A stretch of 27,885 bases of DNA from a virus. Positions 7,751 through 17,703 of this stretch are shown here, one piece after another; position 1 is the first letter of the stretch, and each line of letters begins with the position of its first letter. The notes under the pieces were generated by a model. The model did no database searches. It had not been told where the DNA came from and worked only from the letters and a program-made list of their open reading frames with translations. A program made the translations under genes and the position numbers. Where the stretch lies: UHGV virus genome UHGV-1486778; one strand, written 5' to 3'.

Positions 7751-8245
7751 ATGGCTGGAACGGCGGGGCGTTCCGGGCGTCGCCCCAAGCCAACGGCGCG
7801 CAAGGCGCTGGCCGGAAACCCCGGCAAGCGAGCCCTGAATAAAGATGAACCTGTTTTTACGCCCATCAAAGGTGTTGAGCCACCGGAGTGGTTCGCTGAA
7901 GAAGATCTCCCTCTCGCCACGATCATGTGGCAACTGACAACCAAAGAACTCTGCGGTCAGGGCCTGCTGTGCGTGACTGACCTCGCGGTGCTTGAGCGGT
8001 GGTGCGTGGCCTACGAGTTCTGGCGACGTGCCGTGAAAAATATTGCCAGACAGGGCAACACCATCACCGGTGCAATGGGCGGTATGGTCAAAAATCCGGA
8101 GCTGACCGCCAAAAAAGAACAGGAGTCCGAGATGAGCAGTACGGGGGCAATGCTCGGACTCGACCCCAGCAGCCGCCAGCGTCTGATTGGCCTGGCGGGG
8201 AAGAAGAAAGCCACTAACCCGTTTCTGAAAATCATCGAGTCATGA
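7751..8245 (+). CDS. Terminase small subunit (P27/HK97-type)
   Basis: Basic N-terminus ([13 protein letters not shown]), position directly upstream of the large terminase, and typical size. The ORF track's start at 7742 is a GTG too close to the SD AGGAG at 7735-7739. Confidence 0.75.
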   Translation: MAGTAGRSGRRPKPTARKALAGNPGKRALNKDEPVFTPIKGVEPPEWFAEEDLPLATIMWQLTTKELCGQGLLCVTDLAVLERWCVAYEFWRRAVKNIARQGNTITGAMGGMVKNPELTAKKEQESEMSSTGAMLGLDPSSRQRLIGLAGKKKATNPFLKIIES

Positions 8246-9975
8246 GCCGGAAATCTTACCCCAACGTAAATGCTGCCAATCAGTATGCCCGTGATGTTGT
8301 GCGCGGAAAGATTGTGGCCTGCCAGTTTGTGATTCAGGCCTGCCAGCGCCATCTTGATGACCTGATGGCGGAAAAAAGTAAGTCGTTTCGTTACCGCTTC
8401 GACAAGGACCTGGCTGAACGGGCCGCGAAATTTATTCAGCTGTTGCCGCACACCAAGGGGGAGTGGGCATTCAAGAGGATGCCCATCACGCTGGAGCCGT
8501 GGCAGCTCTTTGTGATCTGCTGCGCGTTTGGCTGGGTCAATAAAGGCTCCCGGCTGCGCCGCTTCCGGGAGGTGTATACTGAAATCCCCCGTAAGAACGG
8601 CAAATCGGCAATCTCTGCCGGTGTCGCCCTGTATTGTTTTGCCTGTGATAACGAGTTTGGCGCGGAAGTGTATTCCGGTGCCACGACAGAGAAACAGGCG
8701 TGGGAAGTCTTTCGCCCGGCGCGACTGATGTGTAAACGCACACCCATGCTGACGGAAGCGTTCGGGATTGAGGTTAACGCCTCAAACATGAATCGTCCGG
8801 AGGATGGCGCGCGGTTTGAACCGCTGATCGGTAACCCCGGTGATGGTTCATCACCCCACTGTGCGGTGGTGGATGAATATCACGAGCACGCCACCGATGC
8901 GCTTTACACCACGATGCTTACCGGGATGGGGGCGCGACGTCAGCCACTGATGTGGGCCATTACTACTGCCGGGTACAACATTGAGGGGCCGTGCTACGAC
9001 AAGCGACGGGAAGTTATCGAGATGCTCAACGGGTCGGTACCCAACGATGAACTGTTCGGGATTATCTATACCGTTGACGAAGGCGATGACTGGACCGACC
9101 CGCAGGTGCTGGAAAAAGCTAACCCGAATATTGGCGTGTCGGTTTATCGCGAATTTTTGTTAAGTCAGCAGCAGCGTGCGAAAAATAACGCCCGTCTGGC
9201 AAACGTCTTTAAAACAAAACACCTCAATATCTGGGTGTCGGCGCGTTCGGCGTATTTCAACCTGGTGAGCTGGCAGAGCTGCGAGGATAAATCACTGACC
9301 CTTGAGCAGTTCGAGGGGCAGCCGTGCATTCTGGCCTTTGACCTGGCCCGTAAGCTGGATATGAACAGCATGGCGCGACTTTATACCCGCGAGATTGACG
9401 GTAAAACGCATTACTACAGTGTGGCCCCGCGTTTCTGGGTACCGTATGACACGGTGTACAGCGTCGAGAAAAATGAAGATCGCCGGACAGCCGAACGCTT
9501 TCAGAAATGGGTGGAAATGGGCGTCCTGACCGTTACCGATGGTGCAGAGGTGGATTATCGCTACATCCTCGAAGAGGCCAAAGCGGCGAACAAAATCAGC
9601 CCGGTCAGCGAGTCACCCATCGACCCCTTCGGGGCGACCGGGCTGTCACATGACCTTGCTGATGAAGACCTGAATCCCATCACCATCATTCAGAACTACA
9701 CCAACATGTCCGACCCGATGAAAGAGCTGGAAGCGGCAATTGAATCGGGGCGCTTTCATCATGATGGCAATCCCATCATGACCTGGTGTATCGGCAACGT
9801 GGTCGGCAAAACCATTCCGGGTAACGATGATGTGGTGAAGCCCGTCAAAGAGCAGGCGGAAAACAAAATCGATGGTGCAGTTGCGCTGATTATGGCGGTT
9901 GGCAGAGCCATGCTGTATGAGAAAGAAGACACGCTGTCCGACCACATTGAGTCCTACGGGATCCGCTCGCTTTAA
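8242..9975 (+). CDS. Terminase large subunit
   Basis: 577 aa. ATPase region followed by a nuclease region ([15 protein letters not shown]), with the portal gene downstream. Confidence 0.85.
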   Translation: MSRKSYPNVNAANQYARDVVRGKIVACQFVIQACQRHLDDLMAEKSKSFRYRFDKDLAERAAKFIQLLPHTKGEWAFKRMPITLEPWQLFVICCAFGWVNKGSRLRRFREVYTEIPRKNGKSAISAGVALYCFACDNEFGAEVYSGATTEKQAWEVFRPARLMCKRTPMLTEAFGIEVNASNMNRPEDGARFEPLIGNPGDGSSPHCAVVDEYHEHATDALYTTMLTGMGARRQPLMWAITTAGYNIEGPCYDKRREVIEMLNGSVPNDELFGIIYTVDEGDDWTDPQVLEKANPNIGVSVYREFLLSQQQRAKNNARLANVFKTKHLNIWVSARSAYFNLVSWQSCEDKSLTLEQFEGQPCILAFDLARKLDMNSMARLYTREIDGKTHYYSVAPRFWVPYDTVYSVEKNEDRRTAERFQKWVEMGVLTVTDGAEVDYRYILEEAKAANKISPVSESPIDPFGATGLSHDLADEDLNPITIIQNYTNMSDPMKELEAAIESGRFHHDGNPIMTWCIGNVVGKTIPGNDDVVKPVKEQAENKIDGAVALIMAVGRAMLYEKEDTLSDHIESYGIRSL

Positions 9976-9986
9976 CTGAGGTAATT

Positions 9987-10169
9987 ATGATCATGCTGAT
10001 TCTCGCGCCTCTGGTGGGCGTGCTGGGGGTGCTTTTGCTGGCGTATGGTGCCTGGCTGATTTATCCCCCGGCGGGGTTTGTTGTTGCCGGGGCGTTGTGC
10101 CTGTTCTGGTCGTGGCTGGTGGCGCGATATCTCGACCGTACACAGTCGTCTGTCGGCGGAGGTAAATAG
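9987..10169 (+). CDS. Small hydrophobic protein (60 aa), unknown function
   Basis: SD GAGG 6 nt upstream of the ATG. About 2 TM helices. Lies between the large terminase and portal genes. Confidence 0.4.
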   Translation: MIMLILAPLVGVLGVLLLAYGAWLIYPPAGFVVAGALCLFWSWLVARYLDRTQSSVGGGK

Positions 10170-11410
10170 TGTTCTTTTCGGGATTATTTCAACGAAAAAG
10201 TGACGCACCGGTGACCACGCCAGCAGAGCTGGCGGATGCTATCGGGTTGTCCTACGACACCTATACCGGAAAGCAGATCAGCAGCCAGCGGGCCATGCGA
10301 CTGACGGCGGTTTTTTCCTGCGTCAGGGTGCTGGCGGAGTCGGTCGGGATGTTGCCCTGCAACCTGTATCACCTGAACGGCAGCCTGAAGCAGAGAGCCA
10401 CTGGCGAACGTCTGCATAAGCTGATCTCCACGCATCCCAATGGCTATATGACGCCGCAGGAGTTCTGGGAGCTGGTGGTCACCTGTCTGTGCCTGCGGGG
10501 AAACTTTTACGCCTACAAAGTGAAAGCATTTGGCGAAGTGGCTGAACTGCTGCCCGTCGATCCCGGCTGTGTGGTACCGAAGCTTAACAGTAGCTGGGAG
10601 CCGGTCTATCAGGTCACATTCCCGGACGGCTCCACGGATGTGCTGACCCAGGAGGATATCTGGCATGTGCGCACGCTGACGCTGGACGGTCTGGTGGGAC
10701 TGAATCCCGTCGCCTATGCCCGCGAGGCAATATCGCTGGCAGCGGCGACCGAAGAGCACGGGGCCAGACTGTTCAGCAATGGTGCGGTGACGTCCGGTGT
10801 GTTGCGTACAGAGCAGACGCTGTCGGATCAGGCTTATGAGCGTCTGAAGAAAGATTTTGAGGAGCGTCACACCGGGCTTGGCAATGCTCACCGCCCGATG
10901 ATCCTTGAGATGGGGCTGGACTGGAAGTCGATGGCGTTGAACGCAGAGGACAGCCAGTTCCTGGAAACCCGCAAGTTTCAGCTTGAAGAAATCTGTCGTC
11001 TGTTCCGTGTGCCATTGCACATGGTGCAGAACACCGATCGCGCCACCTTCAACAATATCGAAGAGCTGGGGCTGGGATTTATCAACTATTCACTGGTGCC
11101 GTATCTGACCCGCATTGAGCAGCGGATCAACACCGGACTGGTACGAAAAAGTAAGCAGGGCGTTTATTACGCCAAATTTAACGCCGGGGCCTTACTGCGC
11201 GGGGATATGAAGTCCCGTTTTGAAGCCTACGCTACCGGGATCAACTGGGGAATTTACTCTCCCAATGACTGCCGCGACCTGGAAGATATGAATCCGCGTC
11301 CCGGTGGGGATGTCTATCTCACACCGATGAACATGACCACGAAACCCTCCGATGGCAGTAAAGCCGGTAAGCAGAAGGATAACGCCAATGCAGACGAAAC
11401 AACGTCTTGA
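10169..11410 (+). CDS. Portal protein (HK97 family)
   Basis: 413 aa, follows the terminase. SD GGAGG 7 nt upstream of the GTG start. Typical portal size and position. Confidence 0.85.
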   Translation: MFFSGLFQRKSDAPVTTPAELADAIGLSYDTYTGKQISSQRAMRLTAVFSCVRVLAESVGMLPCNLYHLNGSLKQRATGERLHKLISTHPNGYMTPQEFWELVVTCLCLRGNFYAYKVKAFGEVAELLPVDPGCVVPKLNSSWEPVYQVTFPDGSTDVLTQEDIWHVRTLTLDGLVGLNPVAYAREAISLAAATEEHGARLFSNGAVTSGVLRTEQTLSDQAYERLKKDFEERHTGLGNAHRPMILEMGLDWKSMALNAEDSQFLETRKFQLEEICRLFRVPLHMVQNTDRATFNNIEELGLGFINYSLVPYLTRIEQRINTGLVRKSKQGVYYAKFNAGALLRGDMKSRFEAYATGINWGIYSPNDCRDLEDMNPRPGGDVYLTPMNMTTKPSDGSKAGKQKDNANADETTS

Positions 11411-12038
11411 TGTACCGCTGAGTCTGAAATCTGTCAGTGACTCCGGTGAGTTTGAAGGGTATGGCTCCGTCTTTGGTGTAAAGGACAGCCACGATGATGT
11501 GGTGATGTCCGGGGCATTTGCTGCTTCCCTGCGGGCGTGGAGTGACAGAAAAGCGTTACCTGCGCTGCTCTGGCAGCACCGCATGGATGAACCCATCGGT
11601 GTTTACACCGAAATGAAGGAAGACGATGTCGGGCTTTACGTCAGGGGACGGTTGCTTATTGATGATGATCCCCTCGCAAAACGCGCACATGCACACATGA
11701 AGGCCGGTTCGTTAACCGGCCTTTCTATTGGGTATGTCCTGAAAGACTGGGAATACGACCGGAGCAAAGAAGCCTTTCTGCTGAAAGAAATCGACCTCTG
11801 GGAAGTCAGCCTGGTGACGTTCCCGTCTAACGACGAGGCGCGGATCAGCGACGTCAAGAACGCACTGGCCCGCGGGGAAATCCCCGAACAGAAAAAAATC
11901 GAAAGAGTCCTGCGTGATGTCGGACTCTCCCGTACCCAGGCCAAAGCATTCATGGCCGGGGGCTATGGCGCACTGTCCCTGCGCGACGCTGAGGATGTGG
12001 GCTCTGCACTGAATGCACTGAAAAATCTGAACTTCTAA
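11388..12038 (+). CDS. Prohead maturation protease (HK97 gp4 / S78 family)
   Basis: Lies between the portal and major capsid genes. The ATG at 11388 overlaps the portal 3' end. Typical size of about 216 aa. Confidence 0.8.
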   Translation: MQTKQRLDVPLSLKSVSDSGEFEGYGSVFGVKDSHDDVVMSGAFAASLRAWSDRKALPALLWQHRMDEPIGVYTEMKEDDVGLYVRGRLLIDDDPLAKRAHAHMKAGSLTGLSIGYVLKDWEYDRSKEAFLLKEIDLWEVSLVTFPSNDEARISDVKNALARGEIPEQKKIERVLRDVGLSRTQAKAFMAGGYGALSLRDAEDVGSALNALKNLNF

Positions 12039-12052
12039 TCAGGAGAAATACG

Positions 12053-13258
12053 ATGGCGGTTGATATTAAAGATGTCGAACAGGTCGCGCAGGAGCTGCAG
12101 CAGAAGTTTGACGACTTCAAAGCAAAGAACGACAAGCGCGTGGATGCGATTGAGCAGGAAAAAGGCAAACTTGCCGGGCAGGTGGAAACCCTGAACGGGA
12201 AACTCAGCGAGCTGGAAAACCTCAAAAGCGATCTTGAAAAAGAGCTTCTTGAGCTGAAACGTCCGGCAGGTGGTGCGCAAAATAAACTGGCCACCGAGCA
12301 TAAAGAAGCGTTTGTGGGCTTCCTGCGTAAAGGCCGTGAAGATGGTCTGCGCGATCTGGAGCGCAAGGCATTACAGGTGGGCACCGATGAAGACGGCGGC
12401 TATGCCGTGCCGGAAGCACTGGATCGCAACATTCTTACCCTGCTGAAAGATGAAGTGGTGATGCGCCAGGAAGCCACGGTGATCACCGTTGGCGGTTCCG
12501 ACTACAAAAAACTGGTGAATCTGGGCGGCACGGCTTCCGGATGGGTTGGCGAGACTGACGCGCGCTCCCAGACTGCCACCTCAAAACTGGGACTGATTGA
12601 ACCTTTCATGGGGGAAATCTACGGTAACCCGCAGGCTACCCAGAAAATGCTGGATGATGCCTTTTTCAACGTGGAAGCATGGATCAACAGCGAGCTGGCA
12701 ACCGAATTTGCCGAACAGGAAGAAATTGCCTTTACCACCGGCGATGGTACCAAGAAGCCGAAAGGGTTCCTGGCGTATGAATCCACTGATGAAACCGATA
12801 AGGTCCGGGCGTTCGGCAAACTTCAGCATATTGTATCCGGCGAAGCGACGGCGGTGACCGCAGACGCCATTATCAAACTGATTTACACGCTGCGTAAGGC
12901 ACACCGCACTGGCGCGAAGTTCATGATGAACAACAACAGCCTGTTTGCCATCCGTCTGCTGAAAGACACCGAGGGTAACTATCTGTGGCGTCCGGGGCTG
13001 GAACTGGGGCAGCCGTCCTCTCTGGCGGGTTACGGTATCGCTGAAAACGAACAGATGCCGGATATCGCCGCTGATGCGAAAGCCATTGCATTTGGTAACT
13101 TCAAACGGGGTTACACCATCGTTGACCGTATCGGCACCCGCATTCTGCGTGACCCGTACACCAATAAACCGTTTGTCGGTTTTTATACCACCAAGCGCAC
13201 CGGCGGGATGCTGGTCGATTCGCAGGCCATCAAACTGCTGAAGATTGCAGCGGCGTAA
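12053..13258 (+). CDS. Major capsid protein (HK97 fold) with N-terminal coiled-coil delta domain
   Basis: 401 aa. Coiled-coil scaffold-like N-terminus (EQVAQELQQKF...LSELENLKSDLEKELLELKRP) followed by a capsid domain. Good SD AGGAG. Confidence 0.9.
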   Translation: MAVDIKDVEQVAQELQQKFDDFKAKNDKRVDAIEQEKGKLAGQVETLNGKLSELENLKSDLEKELLELKRPAGGAQNKLATEHKEAFVGFLRKGREDGLRDLERKALQVGTDEDGGYAVPEALDRNILTLLKDEVVMRQEATVITVGGSDYKKLVNLGGTASGWVGETDARSQTATSKLGLIEPFMGEIYGNPQATQKMLDDAFFNVEAWINSELATEFAEQEEIAFTTGDGTKKPKGFLAYESTDETDKVRAFGKLQHIVSGEATAVTADAIIKLIYTLRKAHRTGAKFMMNNNSLFAIRLLKDTEGNYLWRPGLELGQPSSLAGYGIAENEQMPDIAADAKAIAFGNFKRGYTIVDRIGTRILRDPYTNKPFVGFYTTKRTGGMLVDSQAIKLLKIAAA

Positions 13259-13306
13259 TCACTCAGGGGCGCGGAACCGCGCCCCTGTTCTGACGGGTGA
13301 AGAATC

Positions 13307-13507
13307 ATGATCCTGAAACAAGATCTGAAATGGTCACCGGACGGTATGCGTGTTGAGGTCATTCGGGCCGGTGAGTATGACGACGGGGCGCTTCCTGCCC
13401 GGGTGCAGGAGATTGCACTTCAGGCCGGGTTAGCAGAGCGCGGAATCAGTACAAAAAGCAGTAAAGCGGCAAAAGAGAAAAAAGCCACGACCAGTAAAGA
13501 GGGCTGA
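13307..13507 (+). CDS. Hypothetical small protein (66 aa, Lys-rich C-terminus)
   Basis: SD GGTGAAG upstream of the ATG. Lies between the capsid and head-tail connector genes. Confidence 0.4.
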   Translation: MILKQDLKWSPDGMRVEVIRAGEYDDGALPARVQEIALQAGLAERGISTKSSKAAKEKKATTSKEG

Positions 13508-13509
13508 GT

Positions 13510-13833
13510 ATGCTTCTGACAATGGAAGAGATTAAAGCCCAACTCCGGCTGGATGAGGATTTCGATGCTGATGACCGCCATCTGCAACTGCTGGCCTGTG
13601 CGGCGCAAAAGCGGACGGAAACGTATCTGAACCGGAAGCTCTATGCACCGGATGAAACCATTCCGGACAGCGATCCGGACGGGCTGCACCTGCCGGATGA
13701 TATTCGTCTGGGGATGCTGATGCTTATCAGCCATTTTTACGAAAACCGCTCGTCGGTTACGGAAGTGGAGAAACTCGACATGCCGCAGAGTTTTGGCTGG
13801 CTTGTCGGCCCGTACAGGTACTTTCCGCAATGA
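13510..13833 (+). CDS. Head-tail connector protein (gp6-like)
   Basis: 107 aa. Position and N-terminal pattern (MEEIKAQLRLDEDFDADD) are typical of phage gp6-family connectors. Confidence 0.65.
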   Translation: MLLTMEEIKAQLRLDEDFDADDRHLQLLACAAQKRTETYLNRKLYAPDETIPDSDPDGLHLPDDIRLGMLMLISHFYENRSSVTEVEKLDMPQSFGWLVGPYRYFPQ

Positions 13834-14240
13834 AAATTCGTCAGGCGCAGACCAGCGCAACCTACATTCTGCCGGACCCCGGTGAACTGAATAAACGCGT
13901 CCTGATCCGCCAGCGGGTGGATATGCCCGCGGATAACTTTGGCGTGGAGCATCAATACCCGGTTACGTTCCGGACATGGGCGAAGGTTATCCAGACCAGT
14001 GCCACCACCTGGCAGGAAACCGCGCAGACTGGAGACGCCATCACCCATTACATCACCATTCGCTACCGCCGGGGGATCACCGCTGATTATGAGGTGGTCT
14101 GCGGTGACAGTGTGTACCGGGTGAAACGTCAGCGCGATCTGAACGGGGCGCGGCGCTTTCTGCTGCTGGAGTGTACGGAACTGGGCGAATTTACGCAGAG
14201 TCACGGAGGCAGCAATGGCGACTCCCTTTTTTCACGTTGA
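13830..14240 (+). CDS. Head closure / head-tail adaptor protein
   Basis: Size and position after the gp6-like gene. ATGA overlap with the preceding gene. Confidence 0.55.
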   Translation: MKIRQAQTSATYILPDPGELNKRVLIRQRVDMPADNFGVEHQYPVTFRTWAKVIQTSATTWQETAQTGDAITHYITIRYRRGITADYEVVCGDSVYRVKRQRDLNGARRFLLLECTELGEFTQSHGGSNGDSLFSR

Positions 14241-14721
14241 TGTTCAGCAGCCCGCGGAGATGCGCTTTAACCGCGCCCGTGTCCGGCGGGCGTTTGTCAC
14301 GATTGGGCAGCGTCATATGCGTGATGCCCGTCGGCTGGTGATGCGCCGTGCGCGGTCGGCACCGGGTGAAAATCCCGGTTATCAGACCGGACGTCTGGCT
14401 CGTTCGATTGGTTACATGGTGCCGAGAGCCAGTAAAAAGCGAGCCGGTTTTATGACACGCATTGCCCCTAACCAGCGCAACGGGAAGGGGAACCGGATGA
14501 TCTCTGGTGACTTCTATCCGGCGTTTCTGTTTTTTGGTGTCCGGGGAGGAGCAAAACGTCGTCGTAGCCATCATCGTGGTGCATCCGGTGGCAGCGGCTG
14601 GCGGCTGGCTCCACGTAATAACTTTATGGTGGAAACTCTTGAAAAGAACCGCAGCTGGACACGCTATTTTCTGGCGCGGGAATTGCGTAAATCACTGAAG
14701 CCGGAGCGACGACACAGATGA
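14215..14721 (+). CDS. HK97 gp10-like tail-component protein
   Basis: 168 aa, very basic. Position between the head-completion and tail genes. Confidence 0.55.
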   Translation: MATPFFHVDVQQPAEMRFNRARVRRAFVTIGQRHMRDARRLVMRRARSAPGENPGYQTGRLARSIGYMVPRASKKRAGFMTRIAPNQRNGKGNRMISGDFYPAFLFFGVRGGAKRRRSHHRGASGGSGWRLAPRNNFMVETLEKNRSWTRYFLARELRKSLKPERRHR

Positions 14722-15278
14722 AACTGACGCCTGTTATTGCTGCGCTGCGTGCCCGCTGCCCGTATTTTGAAAACCGGGTTGCAGGCGCGGCACAGTTCAA
14801 AAATCTGCCGGAGGTCGGAAAGCTGAGACTCCCGGCGGCATATGTGGTACCGGGTGATGACTCTCCGGGAGAAAACAAAAGCCAGACCGACTACTGGCAG
14901 GAGCTGAAAGAGGGCTTCTCCGTGGTTGTCATACTGAGTAACGGGCGTGATGAGCGCGGTCAGTTTGCCTCGTATGATGTGGTGGACGATGTCCGGCAGA
15001 TGCTCTTTAAGGCTCTGCTGGGCTGGAACCCGGAAGCGTGCGGTAACCCGATTACCTATGACGGCGGCACGCTGCTGGATCTGAATCGTCATGAGCTGAT
15101 TTATCAGTTCGATTTTTCGGTCATCAGCGAGCTGACCGAAGACGATACCCGCCAGCAGGATGACCTGAACAGTCTGGATGAACTGCGAACGCTGGCGATT
15201 GATGTTGATTATCTCGATCCCGGTAACGGGCCTGACGGCGATATCGAACATCACACCGAAATAACCCTTCCTTCCTGA
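14718..15278 (+). CDS. Mu gp37-like (DUF1834) tail-region protein
   Basis: 186 aa, directly upstream of the small gp38-like ORF and the sheath gene, as in Mu-like tail modules. Confidence 0.5.
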   Translation: MKLTPVIAALRARCPYFENRVAGAAQFKNLPEVGKLRLPAAYVVPGDDSPGENKSQTDYWQELKEGFSVVVILSNGRDERGQFASYDVVDDVRQMLFKALLGWNPEACGNPITYDGGTLLDLNRHELIYQFDFSVISELTEDDTRQQDDLNSLDELRTLAIDVDYLDPGNGPDGDIEHHTEITLPS

Positions 15279-15286
15279 GGATCCTC

Positions 15287-15457
15287 ATGTTTGTGAAACC
15301 TGTTAAAGGGCGGTCAGTGCCTGACCCTGCCCGCGGCGACCTTTTGCCCGCCGAAGGGCGAAATGTTGACGAGAACAACTACTGGCTGCGCCGTGAAGCA
15401 GCGGGTGATATCCGGCGCGTGAATAAAAAGGTGAATACCGATGACGATAAGCTTTAA
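15287..15457 (+). CDS. Small Mu gp38-like (DUF2635) protein (56 aa)
   Basis: Translated by hand: MFVKPVKGRSVPDPARGDLLPAEGRNVDENNYWLRREAAGDIRRVNKKVNTDDDKL. Its 3' end overlaps the sheath start. Not in the ORF track because it is under 60 aa. Confidence 0.5.
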   Translation: MFVKPVKGRSVPDPARGDLLPAEGRNVDENNYWLRREAAGDIRRVNKKVNTDDDKL

Positions 15458-16937
15458 CACCATTCCGTCGAATACGCTGGTTCCGTTGTTTTATGCGGAA
15501 ATGGATAACCAGGCGGCGAATACTGCACAGGACAGCGGAGCATCGTTGCTGATTGGTCACGCCAATAACGGTGCAGAGATTGTTGCCAACAGTCTGGTGC
15601 TGATGCCGTCGGCAGACTATGCACGCCAGATTTGTGGTGCGGGAAGTCAGCTGGCGCGTATGGTCGAGGCTTATCGCCAGACCGACCCGTTTGGCGAGCT
15701 GTATGTGATTGCCGTTCCGGAAGCCACAGGCGCGGCGGCAACGGTTACTCTGACGGTGACCGGGGCGGCAACCGAAACCGGCACGGTGAATGTGTATGTG
15801 GGACGTACCCGCGTGCAGGCACCGGTGACCAACGGCGATAACGTCGCGACCATTGCCAGCAGTATCCAGGATGCTATCAATGCCGTTCCGGCCCTGCCGT
15901 TTACGGCCTCATTTTCGGCTGGCGTGGTCACACTGACCGCGCGTCATAAGGGACTTTGCGGGAATGAAATTCCTGTCAGCCTCAATTACTACGGCTTTGG
16001 TGGGGGCGAAGTGCTGCCAGCGGGTGTACAGATTGCTGTGGCGACGGGTACCGCCGGAACGGGCGCTCCTGTTCTCACCGGTGCGGTGGCTGCAATGGCG
16101 GATGAGCCGTTTGATTATATCGGTCTGCCGTTCAACGACACGGCCTCCGTTAACACGCTGGTGACCGAGATGAACGATACCAGCGGTCGCTGGAGCTATG
16201 CGCGTCAGCTGTATGGTCATGTGTATACGGCAAAGACCGGTACGCTGTCAGAACTGGTGACCGCAGGTGACCAGTTTAACCAGCAGCACATTACCCTGGC
16301 GGGGTACGAAAAAGAAACCCAGACACCTGCCGACGAGCTGGCGGCAAGCCGTACCGCCCGCGCAGCGGTGTTTATCCGCAACGATCCGGCACGTCCCACG
16401 CAGACCGGTGAGCTGGTGGGTATGCTGCCTGCGCCGAAGGGGAAACGGTTCACGATGACCGAGCAGCAGACCCTGCTGTCTCATGGCGTGGCAACGGCGT
16501 ATGTCGAAAGCGGGGTACTGCGCATTCAGCGTGATGTCACCACGTACAGGAAAAATGCTTACGGGGTTGCGGATAACAGCTACCTCGACAGCGAGACGCT
16601 GCATACCAGCGCGTATGTGCTGCGCAAACTGAAATCCGTCATTACCAGTAAGTACGGGCGTCACAAGCTTGCCAGTGACGGTACCCGCTTTGGTCCCGGT
16701 CAGGCGATTGTCACCCCGGCGGTGATCAAAGGGGAACTGCTGGCAACCTACCGTCAGCTTGAGCGTGCGGGGATCGTGGAAAACTACGAACTGTTTAAGC
16801 AGTACCTGGTTGTGGAGCGTGATGCCAGCGATCCGAACCGCCTGAACACGCTGTTCCCGCCTGACTATGTTAACCAGTTGCGTGTCTTTGCCGTGGTTAA
16901 CCAGTTCCGTCTTCAGTATTCAGAGGAGTCCGCATAA
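15441..16937 (+). CDS. Contractile tail sheath protein (Mu gpL-like)
   Basis: 498 aa, immediately followed by a 118-aa tube gene with ATGA-type overlap. Typical sheath size and position. Confidence 0.8.
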   Translation: MTISFNTIPSNTLVPLFYAEMDNQAANTAQDSGASLLIGHANNGAEIVANSLVLMPSADYARQICGAGSQLARMVEAYRQTDPFGELYVIAVPEATGAAATVTLTVTGAATETGTVNVYVGRTRVQAPVTNGDNVATIASSIQDAINAVPALPFTASFSAGVVTLTARHKGLCGNEIPVSLNYYGFGGGEVLPAGVQIAVATGTAGTGAPVLTGAVAAMADEPFDYIGLPFNDTASVNTLVTEMNDTSGRWSYARQLYGHVYTAKTGTLSELVTAGDQFNQQHITLAGYEKETQTPADELAASRTARAAVFIRNDPARPTQTGELVGMLPAPKGKRFTMTEQQTLLSHGVATAYVESGVLRIQRDVTTYRKNAYGVADNSYLDSETLHTSAYVLRKLKSVITSKYGRHKLASDGTRFGPGQAIVTPAVIKGELLATYRQLERAGIVENYELFKQYLVVERDASDPNRLNTLFPPDYVNQLRVFAVVNQFRLQYSEESA

Positions 16938-17293
16938 TGGCCCGTATCGGGGGAACCTGTTATTTCAAAATTGACGGTCAGCAGCTATCGCTGACCGGCG
17001 GCATTGAGGTGCCCATGAACAGGACGGTCAATGATGACATCATCGGCCTGGACGGTTCAGTGGACCGCAAGGAAACTCACCGTGCGCCTTATGTCAAAGG
17101 GACCTTCAAGGTGCCGAAGAATTTTCCGGTGAGCAAAATCACCTCGTCTGATGAGATGACCATCACTGCCGAGCTGGCGAACGGTCAGGTCTATGTACTG
17201 TCGTCTGCCTGGCTGCACGGCGAAGCGAACCATAATGCCGAAGAAGGCACGGTCGATCTTGAGTTCCACGGTGAAGAAGGGGATTACCAGTAA
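16937..17293 (+). CDS. Tail tube protein (Mu gpM-like)
   Basis: 118 aa, directly downstream of the sheath gene. Confidence 0.75.
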   Translation: MARIGGTCYFKIDGQQLSLTGGIEVPMNRTVNDDIIGLDGSVDRKETHRAPYVKGTFKVPKNFPVSKITSSDEMTITAELANGQVYVLSSAWLHGEANHNAEEGTVDLEFHGEEGDYQ

Positions 17294-17562
17294 TGAAAGA
17301 GCTTGAGTTAAAGAAACCGATTACCGCTCATGGCGAGACACTCTCCGTACTGGAGTTTGATGAGCCCACCGGGAAAGATGTCCGCGAGCTGGGGTATCCC
17401 TACCAGATGAATCAGGATGAGTCCGTCAGACTTCTGGCGCATGTGGTGTCGAAATACATTGTGCGGCTGGCGAAAGTGCCGCAAAGCTCTGTCGACCAGA
17501 TGTCTCCGGCAGACCTGAATGCAGCGGCGTGGCTTGTGGCTGGTTTTTTCCTCCAGGCCTGA
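17293..17562 (+). CDS. Tail assembly chaperone (Mu gp41-like); a -1 frameshift would extend the product to 17711
   Basis: 89 aa, directly upstream of the tape measure gene. Slippery heptamer T_TTT_TTC at 17544-17550. The -1 frame stays open to 17711 and overlaps the tape measure start. Confidence 0.7.
   Translation: MKELELKKPITAHGETLSVLEFDEPTGKDVRELGYPYQMNQDESVRLLAHVVSKYIVRLAKVPQSSVDQMSPADLNAAAWLVAGFFLQA
17544..17550 (+). other. Candidate programmed -1 ribosomal frameshift site (X_XXY_YYZ = T_TTT_TTC)
   Basis: The heptamer lies in the zero frame of the chaperone 12 nt before its stop, and the -1 frame continues for 54 codons. Confidence 0.6.
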
Positions 17563-17703
17563 CGGCTGAATACCTCACTGATCGCTTCTTTGACTGCGCC
17601 AGCTACTGGCGCATTAATCCCTTCGAATTGCTGAATATGCCGATCAGTGAAATTCCCTTGCTGGTCAGTCAGGCAAACAGGATAGAGCAGGAGAAACGCA
17701 CAC

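Noticed and set aside
10184-11020. Minus-strand 278-aa ORF antisense to the portal gene
   Set aside because: Typical long antisense ORF in GC-rich coding DNA. The portal gene on the + strand has synteny and SD support, and the antisense product is Arg/Gln/His-rich with no family resemblance.
14664-15254. Minus-strand 196-aa ORF antisense to the gp37-like tail gene
   Set aside because: Same reasoning: antisense to a unidirectional structural operon, with no SD or family signal.
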